Assembly: GCA_028534125.1 (NCBI GenBank)
Contig: CM052828.1
Span: 43,028,001 to 43,092,000 of the forward strand
Length of the DNA: 64,000 bases
Reading direction: 5' to 3'
From: Lama glama
Lineage: Eukaryota
The translations under genes and the position numbers were made by a program. The notes beneath the pieces are model-generated. The model had not been told where the DNA came from and did no database searches. It saw only the letters and a program-made list of their open reading frames with translations. This document shows positions 63,211-64,000 of this stretch, piece by piece. Each line of letters opens with the position of its first letter. The stretch's first letter is position 1.

Positions 63211-64000
63211 TCAAAATACTAGATTGGTATTTTAAATTATTTGATTTTATGAGTTTTCTTTAGAAAAATAAAAACTTGTATAAATTTTAACATATTAGAG
63301 ATCTAAGCACAATTAACAGTGTGTTGATTTAAAGAAAGGAGATTTATATGTAAGAATGCATCAAGTATCATCCTCACTGTTAAATCTCAAATGATTGTGA
63401 CATTTCCAGTAGATGATATGATTCAGTTTGTTACAGTTAGAAACTGTTTCACCCCGAGTATTTATTCAGTGGTTACTTTTAGGCTATTATTCCCTAATAG
63501 AAAATATGGAGTTATGTATATGATATGATATCTCTACATACTCACAACATGTATTTCAAAATTAGGAAATTATTCTTTGTATATTTGTTGTAGACAAGTA
63601 GAATGGCACTTCCTAGGTTTGGATAGTGACATATGAGACTAAGAGTAATTCACAGAAAACCCCCAATTTCAATTGTAGTTAAAGCCTTGTATCTCGCTAC
63701 ACTAAAATTTAATCAAACCACTTAACATAGCTAATTTTTTTCCTGCTTTAATATGGTATCTGACGTGGACACCATAAGATATCAAATGGCCACACCTTTT
63801 ACAAGGTAAGAATAAAAAAGATGAAGGAGTGCCTCAGTCAGAACTAACTTATTAACTCACAGGTGACAATTGGGCTATTTACCAATTCTTAACATAATAA
63901 TCATTTCAGGATAAGGAAGTCATGCATAAAGTTACCCTTATATAAGAATCCAATGCATTTACAGTTTTCTGGTTTTAGCTAATTGGTTCTCCACTTTACT

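Noticed and set aside
1-64000. CRISPR array, operon or prokaryotic defence system
   Set aside because: No regularly spaced repeat-spacer structure or dense coding; the DNA is clearly mammalian and dominated by interspersed repeats.

Overview
This is mammalian, AT-rich, repeat-dense non-coding DNA from a draft assembly with two N gaps. Two tRNA-Ala-derived SINEs of the vic-1 type and camelid-style L1 3' ends point to a camelid (camel, alpaca or llama). I found no intact protein-coding gene, RNA gene, CRISPR array or prokaryotic system. The ORF-track entries are chance ORFs, N-gap artefacts or decayed retroelement frames. The window holds three co-oriented, env-less ERV-L (class III) relics: 1-3155, 19680-22415, and a two-LTR provirus with a likely target-site duplication (TSD) at 29210-34212 whose gag, protease, RT, RNase H, integrase and dUTPase are all inactivated. 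It also holds about ten MaLR (MLT1) LTRs, LTR16/MER21-like LTRs, many L2, MIR and L1 fragments, and MER5A, MER63A and Tigger2-like DNA transposons. The most notable structures are a four-level nested insertion (MLT1 > ERV-L > L1 > younger L1) whose innermost element is an L1/SINE-tail-like chimera inside a perfect 15-bp TSD, an AT-rich palindrome beside a possible repair scar, an unclassified LTR-like element, and a few repeat-free islands with promoter- or exon-like signals. I could not support a new biological system. Repeat family names come from recalled consensus sequences, not from a search, and boundaries without a stated TSD are approximate.
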